DNA of 60,758 nucleotides, counting the filler, from Dimargaris cristalligena (Eukaryota), in the NCBI GenBank assembly GCA_003614675.1. It is 12 parts of 12 records of this genome, joined end to end, with 100 filler letters (N's around TTAATTAATTAA, not from the genome) between each part and the next. Parts side by side here need not be neighbours in the genome. Positions count along the whole stretch, not along the records: positions 10,201 to 15,191 come from ML003697.1; positions 15,292 to 20,280 come from ML003698.1; positions 20,381 to 25,365 come from ML003699.1; 9 more parts are not named here. The stretch is one strand, 5' to 3'. The translations under genes and the position numbers were made by a program. Below, piece by piece: positions 11,333 to 23,048 of this stretch. Below the pieces are notes generated by a model that worked only from the letters and a program-made list of their open reading frames with translations, had not been told where the DNA came from and did not search any database. Numbering within the stretch: position 1 is the stretch's first letter; every line of letters begins with the position of its first letter.

Positions 11333-13042
11333 TTAAAATGCCGGAGGGTTGAATTCATCCGCTAAATTGAACCCAGTGAGTTCCATTCTAATCAATTCCA
11401 TCGTTTCGGCGCGGCTGAAATCCGACTTGATCGATCCAAACAGCATATGCGGTTTGGTCGAGTTCAAGAACGCTTGAAGGTACAAGCAGTCCAAAGTGTG
11501 CCCGTCGTGTTCGTAAGGAAATATGGGATATACCGTACTCGTTTGGGGATCGATACCCAGGATGAACATAAACTCCCGTTTACGCATCGCTTCACGGACC
11601 GCTTGGATGGTTTCGAGACGGTCCGTCCGGGACTGAAGGCCCTGGGAGAGGGGCATGGGCGAAGCTCCTGCCAGGTTGGTACTCTCTACTCCACTATGCT
11701 GCTGGATGTAGCGATTGAGAAATTTATCAAACGTACGCCAAAAGGTATCCTTGTCAAACAAAGTTGACACTGACTGACTCTCGGGTAGTAAATTATTATT
11801 TGAGTACGCTGGTAGTAGGTCATTAGTACCGAATGGCGTGAGTCGAAGGATATCGTCTACCGCGTATTGCCGACATTCTTGGGCCAGTTCAACTCCTCCG
11901 GGAAGGGTGGTGAACAACTCTGTATCCATTAAGGAACCAGCGGCCGCTTCCGTCGCCCCTTCATCCAAAGGCCAGTTGGCGATGGCTTCATTGGGCAGAG
12001 CGTAGTCCAGGACATCCGCGGTTTCACTGGGCCAGTAGTACATCGGGGGAGACTCGGCTGACGGTTGCTGGACCTCGGGGTAGCTATGCTCAGCGAGGCT
12101 GCTGGAAGCCGGTGGTGGAGGGCTCGCGGGACTATCGCTTCGGGATTTCATGTTACTTCTTCTACGGCGACGACCGTCGGTAGTAGGTACCAAGTAGGGC
12201 CGCACGTGTTCTTGCCGGGCGGTGTTTGACCGCGACCGGGCCGTTGCGGAGCTTCCGGGGTGGTGGTGTTGTGAGTCCGTAATGGTGTCAACTGATTTTC
12301 CGAACAAGAAGGAATGACCATTCATCCAGTCCAACGAGCCGTGATCATCGATTGCCGAAGACGAGGACAGCGGCATAGCATTATTGCCTAAGGGCCCCCC
12401 ATCAAGTAGATCAGATGGGGTATCGGCAACGGCCAGTTCGTTGGGTGGGGGCGGATAAAGATGGTCGTACACGCCCACTTGACTACGGGCGGCTTCATTC
12501 GCGGAGAAATCAGCCAAATGCCATGCAACAGAAGAAGACGGCGGCGAGACCAATCCCCCATCTTCCTCGAGTAAACCACGACTACCATCACCTTGTGGGT
12601 CACCATTGCCCTCGGGAGTATAGTAAAATGGACTCGTCAATAGTAGGCTAGGTCCGTTCAAGCCAGACTCGCGAAGAGGCTCACTGGCCCAGGCAGGTGG
12701 TGGTGAACTATTGGGTTCCGCGAGCGACTCCCTAAACTGTAGTCCGGTCGACTCTACACCGAAGTTCCATGGATTATCGTTATTCTGGTTATCCGTTGAA
12801 CTGACCGACGACGGGATGTCGCCCCCCCAGGACCAGTCGTCTTCCGCCTGGTCATTGTCGGTCGGGATACGGTCGTTGTTGGCGCTGGTGCGAACCAGGT
12901 AGTTGGGCGCCACTGCTGGGGTCCGCAACTGGTCGATTGCTCCAAGGACGACACTACCACTATTGGGACCCCACTGACTTCCCATAAATAATACGGCTGC
13001 ATAGCCAAAACACCAGACCCGTTGGTACTTTAGTGAGGTCAT
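11333..13042 (-). CDS. Hypothetical 569-aa protein, probably secreted; long low-complexity N-terminal region and an ordered-looking C-terminal domain
   Basis: Long intact CpG-rich ORF with a hydrophobic N-terminus (VWCFGYAAVLFMG). AT-rich TATA-like tract upstream at about 13221-13238. No family recognised. Confidence 0.7.
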   Translation of the reverse strand: MTSLKYQRVWCFGYAAVLFMGSQWGPNSGSVVLGAIDQLRTPAVAPNYLVRTSANNDRIPTDNDQAEDDWSWGGDIPSSVSSTDNQNNDNPWNFGVESTGLQFRESLAEPNSSPPPAWASEPLRESGLNGPSLLLTSPFYYTPEGNGDPQGDGSRGLLEEDGGLVSPPSSSVAWHLADFSANEAARSQVGVYDHLYPPPPNELAVADTPSDLLDGGPLGNNAMPLSSSSAIDDHGSLDWMNGHSFLFGKSVDTITDSQHHHPGSSATARSRSNTARQEHVRPYLVPTTDGRRRRRSNMKSRSDSPASPPPPASSSLAEHSYPEVQQPSAESPPMYYWPSETADVLDYALPNEAIANWPLDEGATEAAAGSLMDTELFTTLPGGVELAQECRQYAVDDILRLTPFGTNDLLPAYSNNNLLPESQSVSTLFDKDTFWRTFDKFLNRYIQQHSGVESTNLAGASPMPLSQGLQSRTDRLETIQAVREAMRKREFMFILGIDPQTSTVYPIFPYEHDGHTLDCLYLQAFLNSTKPHMLFGSIKSDFSRAETMELIRMELTGFNLADEFNPPAF

Positions 13043-14114
13043 AACTATAGCTCTATCGAATGCCCAAATAAAAAATGGAATCGGGAAAATCTAACAAACT
13101 GCAGTATAAGTCTTAAAAATTTGGGTGTTATCCAGAAAAGAACACCCCAAGTTAAAAAATATAAAAAATAATGAGTTCAATAATACAGTTGGGGCGGGCC
13201 TAAAGCGACCGCTGGGTCCATTATATATATATATATATCGGTTATTAGTAAGCCACCAACAGGCTCGTTCTTCTCGTATCCAACTTGAATGCTCTGTATT
13301 ACTCGACGTACGAACGGATTCTACCGATTTGACGGACCGAAAGGCGTGCCTATCCCGGCCAATCGTAGTTGTTGCACGGTCACGGTGTGGTATCACTTCC
13401 AGTGTAAGGTGGCCAAGCATATCACCTGCAAGACAGCCTAAAATAGGAGGTATTGTAGGACCGTTTCGCCCCGCCTCGACCACTCCTAGCCTGTTCGACT
13501 TAAACAGTATGCCTTTATGGTCAACCCTTGCCCCCTCCTCTTTATATTTTTTTGCCCAACTCGGCCTCCATTACCCTGCCATTATCATGGCGGGGTAGGG
13601 TTTTACCAGCGGCCCAATAACAAGCGGAATGTGATATCTGGCTGTAGGCAAGAGGGCCCAACAAGCCGGTACTTTACTTACCTACACTCACATACCCCCC
13701 TTTGACCCTAGAGGTCAAGACATCTCCCCCCCAACCGTTTAATCTCCCCCCAAGCAAGGTCAGGTGAGCCACTTGCCTCTCCCGTTTCATACGCGGATAT
13801 TATTCCCCAAGGAAGTGTTCTCAAGCAAGATGTGTAACAGGCATCCACCAACCATAAACTGACGCGGCTCCATGCGCTTGCTATGGTAGCCCTATATCAA
13901 TTAGCAGTCTTGGCGTTTATCACGAACAGGGGAACTATGGTTTAGGCGATTATTTTTTCGGCTGTACACAGCTGTTGCAAATGACCCAGCTTGGTCTGTA
14001 GAACCATGCGGGCTTTTAACGGCTTCCACCCTAATTATGGGGCCTGTATTGATACATAGTCTACTGATCGGATCGTATCGGGTAATCCAATGAAGTTGTG
14101 GTGTAAAAGGTATT

Positions 14115-14118
<4 letters not shown>

Positions 14119-14144
<26 letters not shown>
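14119..14144. repeat. (TA)13 microsatellite
   Basis: Read directly from the sequence. Confidence 0.9.
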
Positions 14145-14145
<1 letters not shown>

Positions 14146-14613
14146 GGAAATATAATTTTTAATAGGCGAAATGGATAAATGACAAGTGGCTATAATAATT
14201 CGAATGTAAAACGAAGCGATAATAGAATGCTAAGGAAGTTTTGAACCAGTAAATAGCTATTATACCTAACGTTGGCAGGGAGTGTGGGGGGGAGTGATAT
14301 CGAAGAAGGAAGAAGTGCGGAAGGGTTACACATTATTATGGAATGGATGAGAGGTGGAGTAAAGCGCATATGAAGACCTCTTTGTATAGCAATAAGGGGG
14401 AGAGAAGCTAGAAGTAAGGGATGTTATGTTATGTAGGAAGAATCTGTGGATGGGCATCCCCTAGTATAATTATATAGAAAAAAACCTTGAATAGGGAGAG
14501 AGGGGTATTGTAAAGCGGGTGGTATAATTGAATGGTTCAGCAAGAGTGGAAAAGGGGAGGGGGAGGCGCAAATATGTGTTTGGGTGTGTTTGATGGACTC
14601 GTTACAAACAGAT

Positions 14614-15191
14614 TTAGCGAGTTCCATCCCGAACTTCCATAATACCACTATCCCGAGCGGCGGATGCAGTGTCCTGTCGCCTATCTTCGGGCACAGTGGT
14701 AGTCTCCTCCGTATCCGAATCCGAATTGTAGTCCAGCGGGGACAGACTCTTTCTAAACCGGTCCAGATGCCGCATGAAGGACGTAAACCCTGTGGAGTGC
14801 GAACTGCCGCCGCTGTGTTTGGTCGCACTGTGACCCCCGCCGGGCGATACATCGGTCGCCTCGTCCTCGGGAAAAATAAGCGGTGCCGTCCGGTCCCCTT
14901 GGGTAAGGGAAGCGCGTGACGATTGGGCCAGGCAGTGGTGAGTCGGGGAGGACGGCGGTTCACTACTCAGCTCAATAGCCGGAATGGTATTATGGGAAGG
15001 GTTAGTGGAGGAGGCCGTCGGGCCCGCCGAAAGGGAATGGCTAGGGGCATTGAAAAAGCGCATGGGATGCGGTGTATCATCCATATCGGAGATATCCGAC
15101 TCGGAAGCTAGACCATGGTGGGAATCAATGGACATGTTGGCCGACCGCAGGTGGATGCTACTATTCGGGGAGGACATGAGTTCGTTATCGT
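14614..15191 (-). CDS. C-terminal low-complexity (Ser/Asp/His-rich) part of an unidentified protein, 5' truncated
   Basis: GC- and CpG-rich frame open from the contig end to the stop at 14614, followed by AT-rich UTR-like sequence. Confidence 0.6.
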
Positions 15192-15291
15192 NNNNNNNNN
15201 NNNNNNNNNNNNNNNNNNNNNNNNNNNNNNNNNNNTTAATTAATTAANNNNNNNNNNNNNNNNNNNNNNNNNNNNNNNNNNNNNNNNNNNN

Positions 15292-15414
15292 AGTATAAAT
15301 ACTCCCCCTTGCTACCACCTCTTGGAACAGCAAGTCTATCATCACCCTTCCCCTTTTATTATCTTTCTTTCAAATAAAGTTCAGTTTTCAAGGATTTGAG
15401 TTCAGTTCTTTACA
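15292..15414 (+). repeat. LTR family C, 3' portion
   Basis: Contains TATAAATA and AATAAA and ends ...TTCTTTACA. Further copies at 20138, 30386 and 55661. Confidence 0.8.
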
Positions 15415-18400
15415 TCAGGAAACAAGTAAAGGTGGTAGAGAGGCCCAAAGAGTTAGCAGCAGTTACTATTAATAAACTAGTATTCCATACTACACTTAAT
15501 ACCACTGATAATACACATACCCATTGGAGGATATTGGACAGAGCCACCTTAGGAAGAAAGCCAATCAAGGCCACCACAGACCAGGTAGCTGCCACCAGTA
15601 TTGTCACCCTCCAGGCTGCAAACCGCCTAGACCTCAGTGTTAATCCATCTCAAAAACCTCACTTCCAATCCTTTGGAGTGACCCACTAACTTTCTACAGT
15701 GGGTATGGCTAACAGCTTATTCATAATAAGCAAGTCAACCCGAAAACACTGGATACAATTTACTATTCTAGATGTTAAGGCTGATATTGATGCCTTAGTG
15801 GGTCAACATGACTTGGACAAGCTTGGGTTAGACCTCATCCAACTATTACCAATCCCCAGCAAAACCACTAGTAACCAGGACTTAGCTGTGTCACCAACTG
15901 GTGTTTCCCAGAAAGAAACCCAGTGGCTTCAGGGAATCCCAGCTGAAACCTTTGTCAAAATGGACCCAAAAACTAATAAGGAATTTCAAGATGCTGACAC
16001 CCAATACCCCATTCCTAGCTAAGCAAATGTAGAGGCACACCTACAGGTGCAATGGGAAGGAGAATCCTATTGGGCCCAAATTCTGGACAAGCTAATGTCA
16101 GGGAAACTAGCACTTTGGGAATATCCTCCAAGCTGCCCATCCCCTTGTTTACTCAAACCACTTGAGCCAACCATGTGAGAGGAAGCCCAGCTCCTATATG
16201 TCCCTCAGGCTCCACAAAGTAGAGCAGACCAGGAATTTATGGCAGGATACATCAAGACCCGACTCCAATATGGTGCTGATGAACCTGGGTAGGTGCATGC
16301 TAATCTACCAGTCTATTCATTACCTAAACCAAACACAGACGTTCACTGAGTTATTCTTGATGACATTCTGGGTAGTACTATTAATATGTATTCCCTTGGT
16401 ATGCATTTACCAAAGCTCCACAAGATTCAATCCTTTGTGTCTGATGCCTAAATAATCACTAGCATTGACTTAGCCTCATACTTTACACAAATCTGAATTA
16501 CCCCCCAGGTCCAGGATTATTGGACATTTAATAGTGGTATTCATGGTAAATTTTGGGCCACCAGACTTGTCCAAGGCAACAGTCAGAGCCCAGCCATTGC
16601 ACACACGTTCCTTGAGTACATACTTAATAGCATTATTGGGTTATGGGGCTGCCTCCTATGTTACATAGATAATATCTATTTAAAAAGTACAACAGGAGAT
16701 ATAAAAGAACACATTGAGGACATTGGCCAGTTAGTACAAACCCTAGCGGATTGGAGGCTCACTATCAATATGCCAAAGAGTAAATTTGCTGGTACCAAAG
16801 ATATTGACATCCTCAGCTACCACTGGTCAAAGGGAGGAAGCTGGACAATTACTGATCACCAAACCCAGGAACTCCAAGACTTACCAATGCTTCAAACAGT
16901 TAAAGACATCTAATGTCTCACTAGGGGTGTAAATGCCATCTCAGCACATCTACCCTGGTCTGCCGCCCTCTTAGCACCATTTTATGCCCTCACTGGAAAG
17001 GTCTGTTTAACCAAAGCTGACCACACTCAACTAGAGCCCCACTGGCTGGACCTCCAATGTGCCTTAACCAACCCAGCTAATCTGTATGAACCCAGTGGGG
17101 ATGAACCACTTACCCTATAAGTAGATGCAGCAGAAGCAGGAGTCAGGGCAGTCCTATTAGCACACAAGTTAGGAGAAGCTAAAGGCAGTAGAGTAGTAGC
17201 CTACTATAGCAAGGCCAAAGACACCCATGATTCCGGGAGGCCTGGGGATTAGTGAGAGCTGTCTGCCACTTTTACACTTACCTGGATGGCGCAGCCAACC
17301 TGCAGATCAAAGTGGATGCCACCACAGCCCTGGGATTATTCAACCACAAAGACCTCTGTCAGGTGGATGAACTGGGAGGCTTTAGAATGGAGCTAGCATC
17401 CATGGGAATCCATGCCCACATGGTACACCACTGCCCAGGTGACACCCATCTAACAGCAGACTGGTTATCAAGAGCAAGACAATGCCAGTGACCTAGGAAA
17501 ATAAAAGGGGAGCCAGGCCTGACAATTACAGCCCTCCAAACACCTCTCATCACCATCAACAATAGCACTAGTCTCAACCACAATCCAGATACTGATGACA
17601 ACATAAGTACTGGGGAATTCCTTAAATCAGATAATGAGGGAGACACTATTGACCTATCCTTCTCCTCCAATGAGGAAGACAAACTAGACCACCAACCTGA
17701 TAGCCAGCCTCCAGGGGAATCATTCCTAAGAGCAGCAATACCATTGGCATGGACCTAGTCCCTTACCCCAGAAGACTAACAAGTGGATGAACAGCTAAAC
17801 AAATGGATACAATTATGTCAGGGCTGAGATCTCAAAGTGGGGCATGATGATAGATTCTTTACTGAAGTCTGTGATATGAGTTTCAAGGATGGTCTATTGG
17901 GGTCAATTAAAAGATGAAGACTGGCAGGAGCAATGGGGATCTGGGCTCCCTTAGCCCCCACACTCAATATGAGAGAAGCCATTAAAACTTGGCACCATGA
18001 TCTCTGCCATCCAGGTCAAGAATGTCTCCTGGCCTATGCCTGAACAAAGCTATTACACTCACACCTATATAACACAATCAATGCTTATACCCGGGCCTGC
18101 CATACCTGCCAGATTAATGCAATCCCAACTACCCAAAATACACCTCAATCCACAACCTACAACCAGCAATAGCCCGGGAAACACCTCTACATAGACTTGG
18201 GATATGTAGGCTCTATTAGAGATGATGAGGAATCACAATTCTGAATTATTGCAGATGCCAATAGCCACTTCTACCAGGCTATACCAATCCTACAAGCAAC
18301 TGGGAAGGAAATTACAGAAGTAATTGATAATAACTGGGTTAGGATATTTAGTAAACCCACTCACCTCACAAGTGATAATGGACCACAATTTGTCTCCAAT

Positions 18401-19900
18401 GCATTCCAAGAGTACTTACAAGGACGGGGAATTATCCACATTCAGTCATCAAAGTATTGGCCCATAGCAAAACTGGCAGAATGGTACATAGGGCTATTGA
18501 AGCAATCTCTGAGAAAGTGCTTAATGGAAAACAGCACTCAAGGCAGCTGGATATAATACTTACAACAGATAACAATGGCACACATCCTACTGCCAGATCC
18601 ACACACTGGGCTGACACCTTGGGCCATAATACAAGGGGCTCAAGTTATCACTGAAGAGACCCACTGATGGCTGCATCCAGACAACAAGAACAACCCGGCA
18701 GGCATAGCAGAGTGGGTGATGGCCCAAGCAGAAGAATGTAGGGCCAGAGTCTAAAAGTGAGCCATGGAGAAAATAAATGAGCATATTACAAGGAGAAGGT
18801 ATGAAGAGGGCATCCTTGTAACTGTCAAAATCCTCCCTAAACCTGCTGTGGCAAGATGTACTGTCCCCCTATAAGCCACACTAATTATATTACTAATATT
18901 ATTATTATACAGGGTATGAAGTGGCTTTTTTTCTGGTATAACCAGTTTTTTTCCCCTCCCCTTTAACCCATTCTTTCCATACAACTTTTTCCTTCAATTT
19001 TATTTATATTTCTATTAGTGAATATATGCTATCCCTACAAATGGATATGTATATTCATGCTTGATTATTAGTGGTTATTTGATTTTATTCCTATCCTCTA
19101 CTATATTAGTTCTACTTTATGAATCCACCTTTTCTTTTTTATTAGTTATACAAGTTCACTGTATGCTTACTGGCTTTAAAAATTCTGTACCTTATACTAA
19201 GGATAGCTTGGTATTCTTGGCTATAGAGCCAAAAGTCTTGGCATTATTTAGATAAGATATGCACCATTGATGCACTCAATTGGGCTATACATGCAAATAA
19301 TTAGCACACTCATGCAAGTGATTGGGGATGTATTAGTGTACATATTATTCTATAAATAGGAAACTTTTTCCCCTCTTTTTTTTATGTATGTCATTTGCTT
19401 TATATCAATGTTTGGATACCAATTTTCTTCTATATTTTACTATACTATAAACCACCATTACTATTACTTTGGATTTCTTAGATTTTATATACTTTTAAAA
19501 GTTGTAGATGCCAAGGAAATGGTCCTCTTGAGCTTATAAACTAGTATGACATTTACTTAGTTTAAACTGGTCTTTTATTAAAAGTATTATATATTGAATT
19601 TTTATCTGAGTGATAAACCAGTTTACCTAGAGAAGCTACCCTGCCCTTTTGATATATTTTTGTTGTTCTATTTGTGGCTTAACACTACCACACTGTGACA
19701 GCACTGCCATCTAAAAGCCATCCCCCTGGCTCAGCGCACCTTGGGATCTACAGGGTACAACTAAGCCTGCATAATAGTATTTAATCTGTCACTATACCAA
19801 TGCACTATAGTAGCTACAGGTTGGGCACTCCAAATTAAGCCCCCCATGATAGTGCTCTGCTGTGGTCAGCTGGCCAGAGGCCGCGTAAGCCCCAGTACAC
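15415..19900 (+). mobile_element. Decayed, divergent LTR retrotransposon pol (PR-RT-RH-IN, Ty3/gypsy order), interrupted at 18847-19692; 3' boundary approximate
   Basis: Protease IKATTDQVAATSIV...DALVG. RT SIDLASYFTQI, RLVQGNSQSPA (16566) and CYIDNIYL (16662). RNase H VDAAEAGV...VAYYSK...ADWLSR. Integrase HHDLCH...CHTC, YIDL and SDNGPQF. Many stops and one frameshift near 17235. Confidence 0.9.
18847..19692 (+). mobile_element. 846-bp family B insertion (solo-LTR-like, TG...CA) nested in the integrase 3' region
   Basis: Ends are TGTGGCA...TACCACA. Flanks CTGC / CTGT fit a 4-bp TSD with one CpG transition. TATAAATA at about 19351. The host reading frame resumes after the insert. Confidence 0.75.
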
Positions 19901-20137
19901 ATTACCAATCCAAGAAGAAGCCATACTTTGAATGAATTCAAGGTCCCCAGATAATTGACAAGTTATTTTAATGGGAACAGTCCGGGGTTATCAATGTTAT
20001 TTTATTTTTTTATGCTAGCTGATTCTCTTTTCCTTCAGCTTTCCAAATTATACTTCTATATACTTTTCTGTCCATTATTGATGAAGTTATAGGTTGTCAA
20101 AGTCAATGATGATATTAAAGCTATGATAATTGACCAC

Positions 20138-20280
20138 TGTAAAGAACTAAACTCAAATCCTTGAAAACTGAACTTTATTAGAAAGAAAGATGATAAAAAG
20201 GGGAAGGGTGATGATAGACTTACTGTTCCAAGAGGTGGCAGCAAGGGGGAGTATTTATACTTGAAAGAGGAAGCCTAAAT
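20138..20280 (-). repeat. LTR family C, 3' portion
   Basis: Reverse complement of 15292-15414, extending slightly further. Confidence 0.8.
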
Positions 20281-20380
20281 NNNNNNNNNNNNNNNNNNNN
20301 NNNNNNNNNNNNNNNNNNNNNNNNTTAATTAATTAANNNNNNNNNNNNNNNNNNNNNNNNNNNNNNNNNNNNNNNNNNNN

Positions 20381-20871
20381 TGCCATTCAACATGAACCAG
20401 CCCATGGCTGGGTCAATTACCAGCCTGGTTTTTCACGAGGTGGCTCTTGGTAGCTCCATTCTGAAAAAGGTAATTGACCTGGTCGGGTTGAACCTACGGA
20501 AACTGCGGTTGACTAATTGTGCCTGCGAAGAGCGGGAAATCAACTACGCACTGCGTTTCTGTCCGCGCCTGGTACATTTTGATTTGTGCCATCGCGATGC
20601 GATATTCACCAGGGATCTCATCCCTAGTGAACTATCGACAAATACCTTATCGTATGTGCGAATTGCAGTAAATTATATTGCGATTGCGTGGCTTTTACCA
20701 GCCCTACGCAATCAGTATAGTTTATTACAACTGAGCGTATACAAGCCCGGCCAGCCTATCTGCCGGGCCCTTCGCAATGCTCTGCCTCGGTTGAGGATAC
20801 ACTTCCTCTCAATCGAGGAATACAATAATCTCGTAAATCGAGATTATTTAGAGCAGGCTGCAGGTGGGTAG
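20381..20871 (+). CDS. F-box/LRR (RNI-like) family protein, C-terminal part, 5' truncated
   Basis: The frame is open from the contig start. It is a colinear paralogue of 25783-27027 (LRKLxLxNCxCxExEIxYALxxCPRLxHFDLCHRD; EExNNLVNRxYxEQ). Confidence 0.75.
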
Positions 20872-23048
20872 TATTTACTTCCCCGCCTGTAGCCTTTTAT
20901 TTTAGGCAATAAATATTTTTTTTGTATATGTTTTTGTTCTATTAAGTTCAAGGGAGTTGGTGGTCACTATTTATATCCAATTGTAGTCGGTCAAAGGGAG
21001 TTAGTTTGAAGAGTTTTTAGACATAATCTAGCCGCTGGTCACATTTCACCTGTGCTTCTTATGTCATGCGATGTAGTTGAACAATCGGGATAGTGGTTTA
21101 AAGTGGCTTCAAGTGGCGGCGATGAGGTGATTGATTGTCTAGTGGCTCATTTTACTAGTAACAATATTTGTTGCAAGTTGGCTGACCCTCCCGTCGCCCT
21201 TATGCAAGGGAATATATCCATGCGAGTAGCCCGGGTAGGTTGGGGTGGATAGGTAGCGGGCCTTACTATGGTTATTTGTTCAAAGAGACGTAATCATTCA
21301 TTAAATAGTTCGGTGGCTGTACGCAGTACAATGGGTCTTTACCAAAGCCGGTGCCTCACTGGCGCCCCTTTCCACATGTATTCGCGATACTTATATAGTG
21401 GTCTAACCAACACCCAACATATCCCCTAATTCAGTACTTGATATTGATTTTTATACTTTTGTTGACCCAGGGTTCAATCGGAATATAGGATTTCGAAATT
21501 CTAGGCAGGTGATTTCGATGATGCGTTATCCTTTGCAGCGAGATTAGTGGCAGAAGTTATCCAATAAATGAACACGCCTTTGCAACAGTATGTTGGCACT
21601 TTATTCCAAAATAGAAATATCGTACTATGAAAGGTCGTCTCGTATCTGATATTTCCCTTTAAAACCATAGTGATACTCGTAATTGTGTCCTTAGTAATCA
21701 ACTAGGCTACTTATGACTATTTGCTATCGCTATATTGATTAATTATTTAGCTCCACATTTGGTATCTTTATAACATGAATTTCTTTGGTACTGCTTATAT
21801 AAATAAAAATTTAGTTGATGATTTTAGTGTTGTTTGGATAATATACAGGGGGGGAGGGCTGATAATGACAGGTTCTGTGACTCTCGGGAAATGTTTATTT
21901 TAGGATACGTGAAAGATTCGTCTGCTATATATTATGTAGCTCTGGCTAATGGTATATTGTTGCACTAAACCCATAGTAAACTGCTATAATTGGTAAGCTT
22001 CGGGGGAAAATCGGTTGTCAACAACAATTTCACGCTCTCAGATACACTTGTCTCGGATACTACCGTACCTGAGGGTTACTTAAAGTGGGTTCTTTTTAAA
22101 CAGGCCTTTGAAAGATGGAGCGACTAATTTTCGCACAAGTATTGTTGACCTTGCACAGTAAAATAAAATCAGCTTTTACAATTATGTCCACCAACATCAT
22201 ACCCAATGTAATAGCCTGGTTACTATGGCATGTCCCAATATATGTAATAGATCAAATGTCATTTTCCAAGTGGATGTCTTCGTTATATACTCTCGAATCA
22301 CTCGCCAAGTCTTCGAATTTGGGGTTTTATATTTGCATTACAATCGAACAAACCCCACCAAGTTTGATTATTGTTTGTGATAATACAGGTTTATACATAA
22401 TGCTTCTCAGCATTGTGGTCCCTGTATGCCTCTCCCTGCCATTAGCGAAACAACGTTAGCGTCCCCCATAGAAACCGAACTGTCCAGTCTGGTATATTCC
22501 CTATTTTCTGCGTATAGGGAGCCAGCCACGGCTGTTTTACGCTGCACCGAGATGGAAGCCACACCCTCCAACCGCCTCCCCAAGGCCAACAGCTGTAGAC
22601 CGGAGCTCGACAGAAGTCCACGTGTGAAATTGTCCAATGGTTTTTTAGACCTTTTAGCCAGGTAGGTAGTCGGCAGGCCAATGAGAGTTGCTATTTATAT
22701 AAGCGATTGGTGAGCCCTTGGCGCAAATTTGAAATGCATATTCTATTGTTATTCTGTCGATTATAGAGATTGGTATGTGATTATTATACTCTGTCTCTCT
22801 ATTGGCATACAAATATATGTCTTCTACTTAGAGGTTTCTGCGGGACCTTTTTAATTTGAATTCATAATCGATAATGGTAAAAATAACACATTTTTTGGAA
22901 GAGCAAGGAGATTAAAGAACCAAATTGAACAAAATAGAGTGGTATTTTCACTAAATTCATGCTAATTACAGTGGAGAAATTTACAGTTGTACATACGACA
23001 AATATAAAAAAAAAGGCTGCTGGAGAGTCCATGGCCCTGAATGTTGAT

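Noticed and set aside
20118-20137. TGGTCAATTATC after the minus-strand LTR-C as a tRNA primer-binding site
   Set aside because: I cannot match it to a tRNA 3' end, no gag follows, and the other LTR-C copies have different flanks.
15292-20280. Inverted repeats at both ends of contig 4 as the ITRs of a DIRS-like element
   Set aside because: The enclosed element has a protease and a DDE integrase rather than a tyrosine recombinase. The left repeat abuts protease-proximal sequence with no gag. The same repeat end occurs in unrelated contexts at 30386 and 55661. Two independent LTR-C insertions explain it better.
22115-22700. Cluster of short overlapping ORFs next to a TATA-like motif at about 22692
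   Set aside because: No recognisable domain, splice model or consistent frame.
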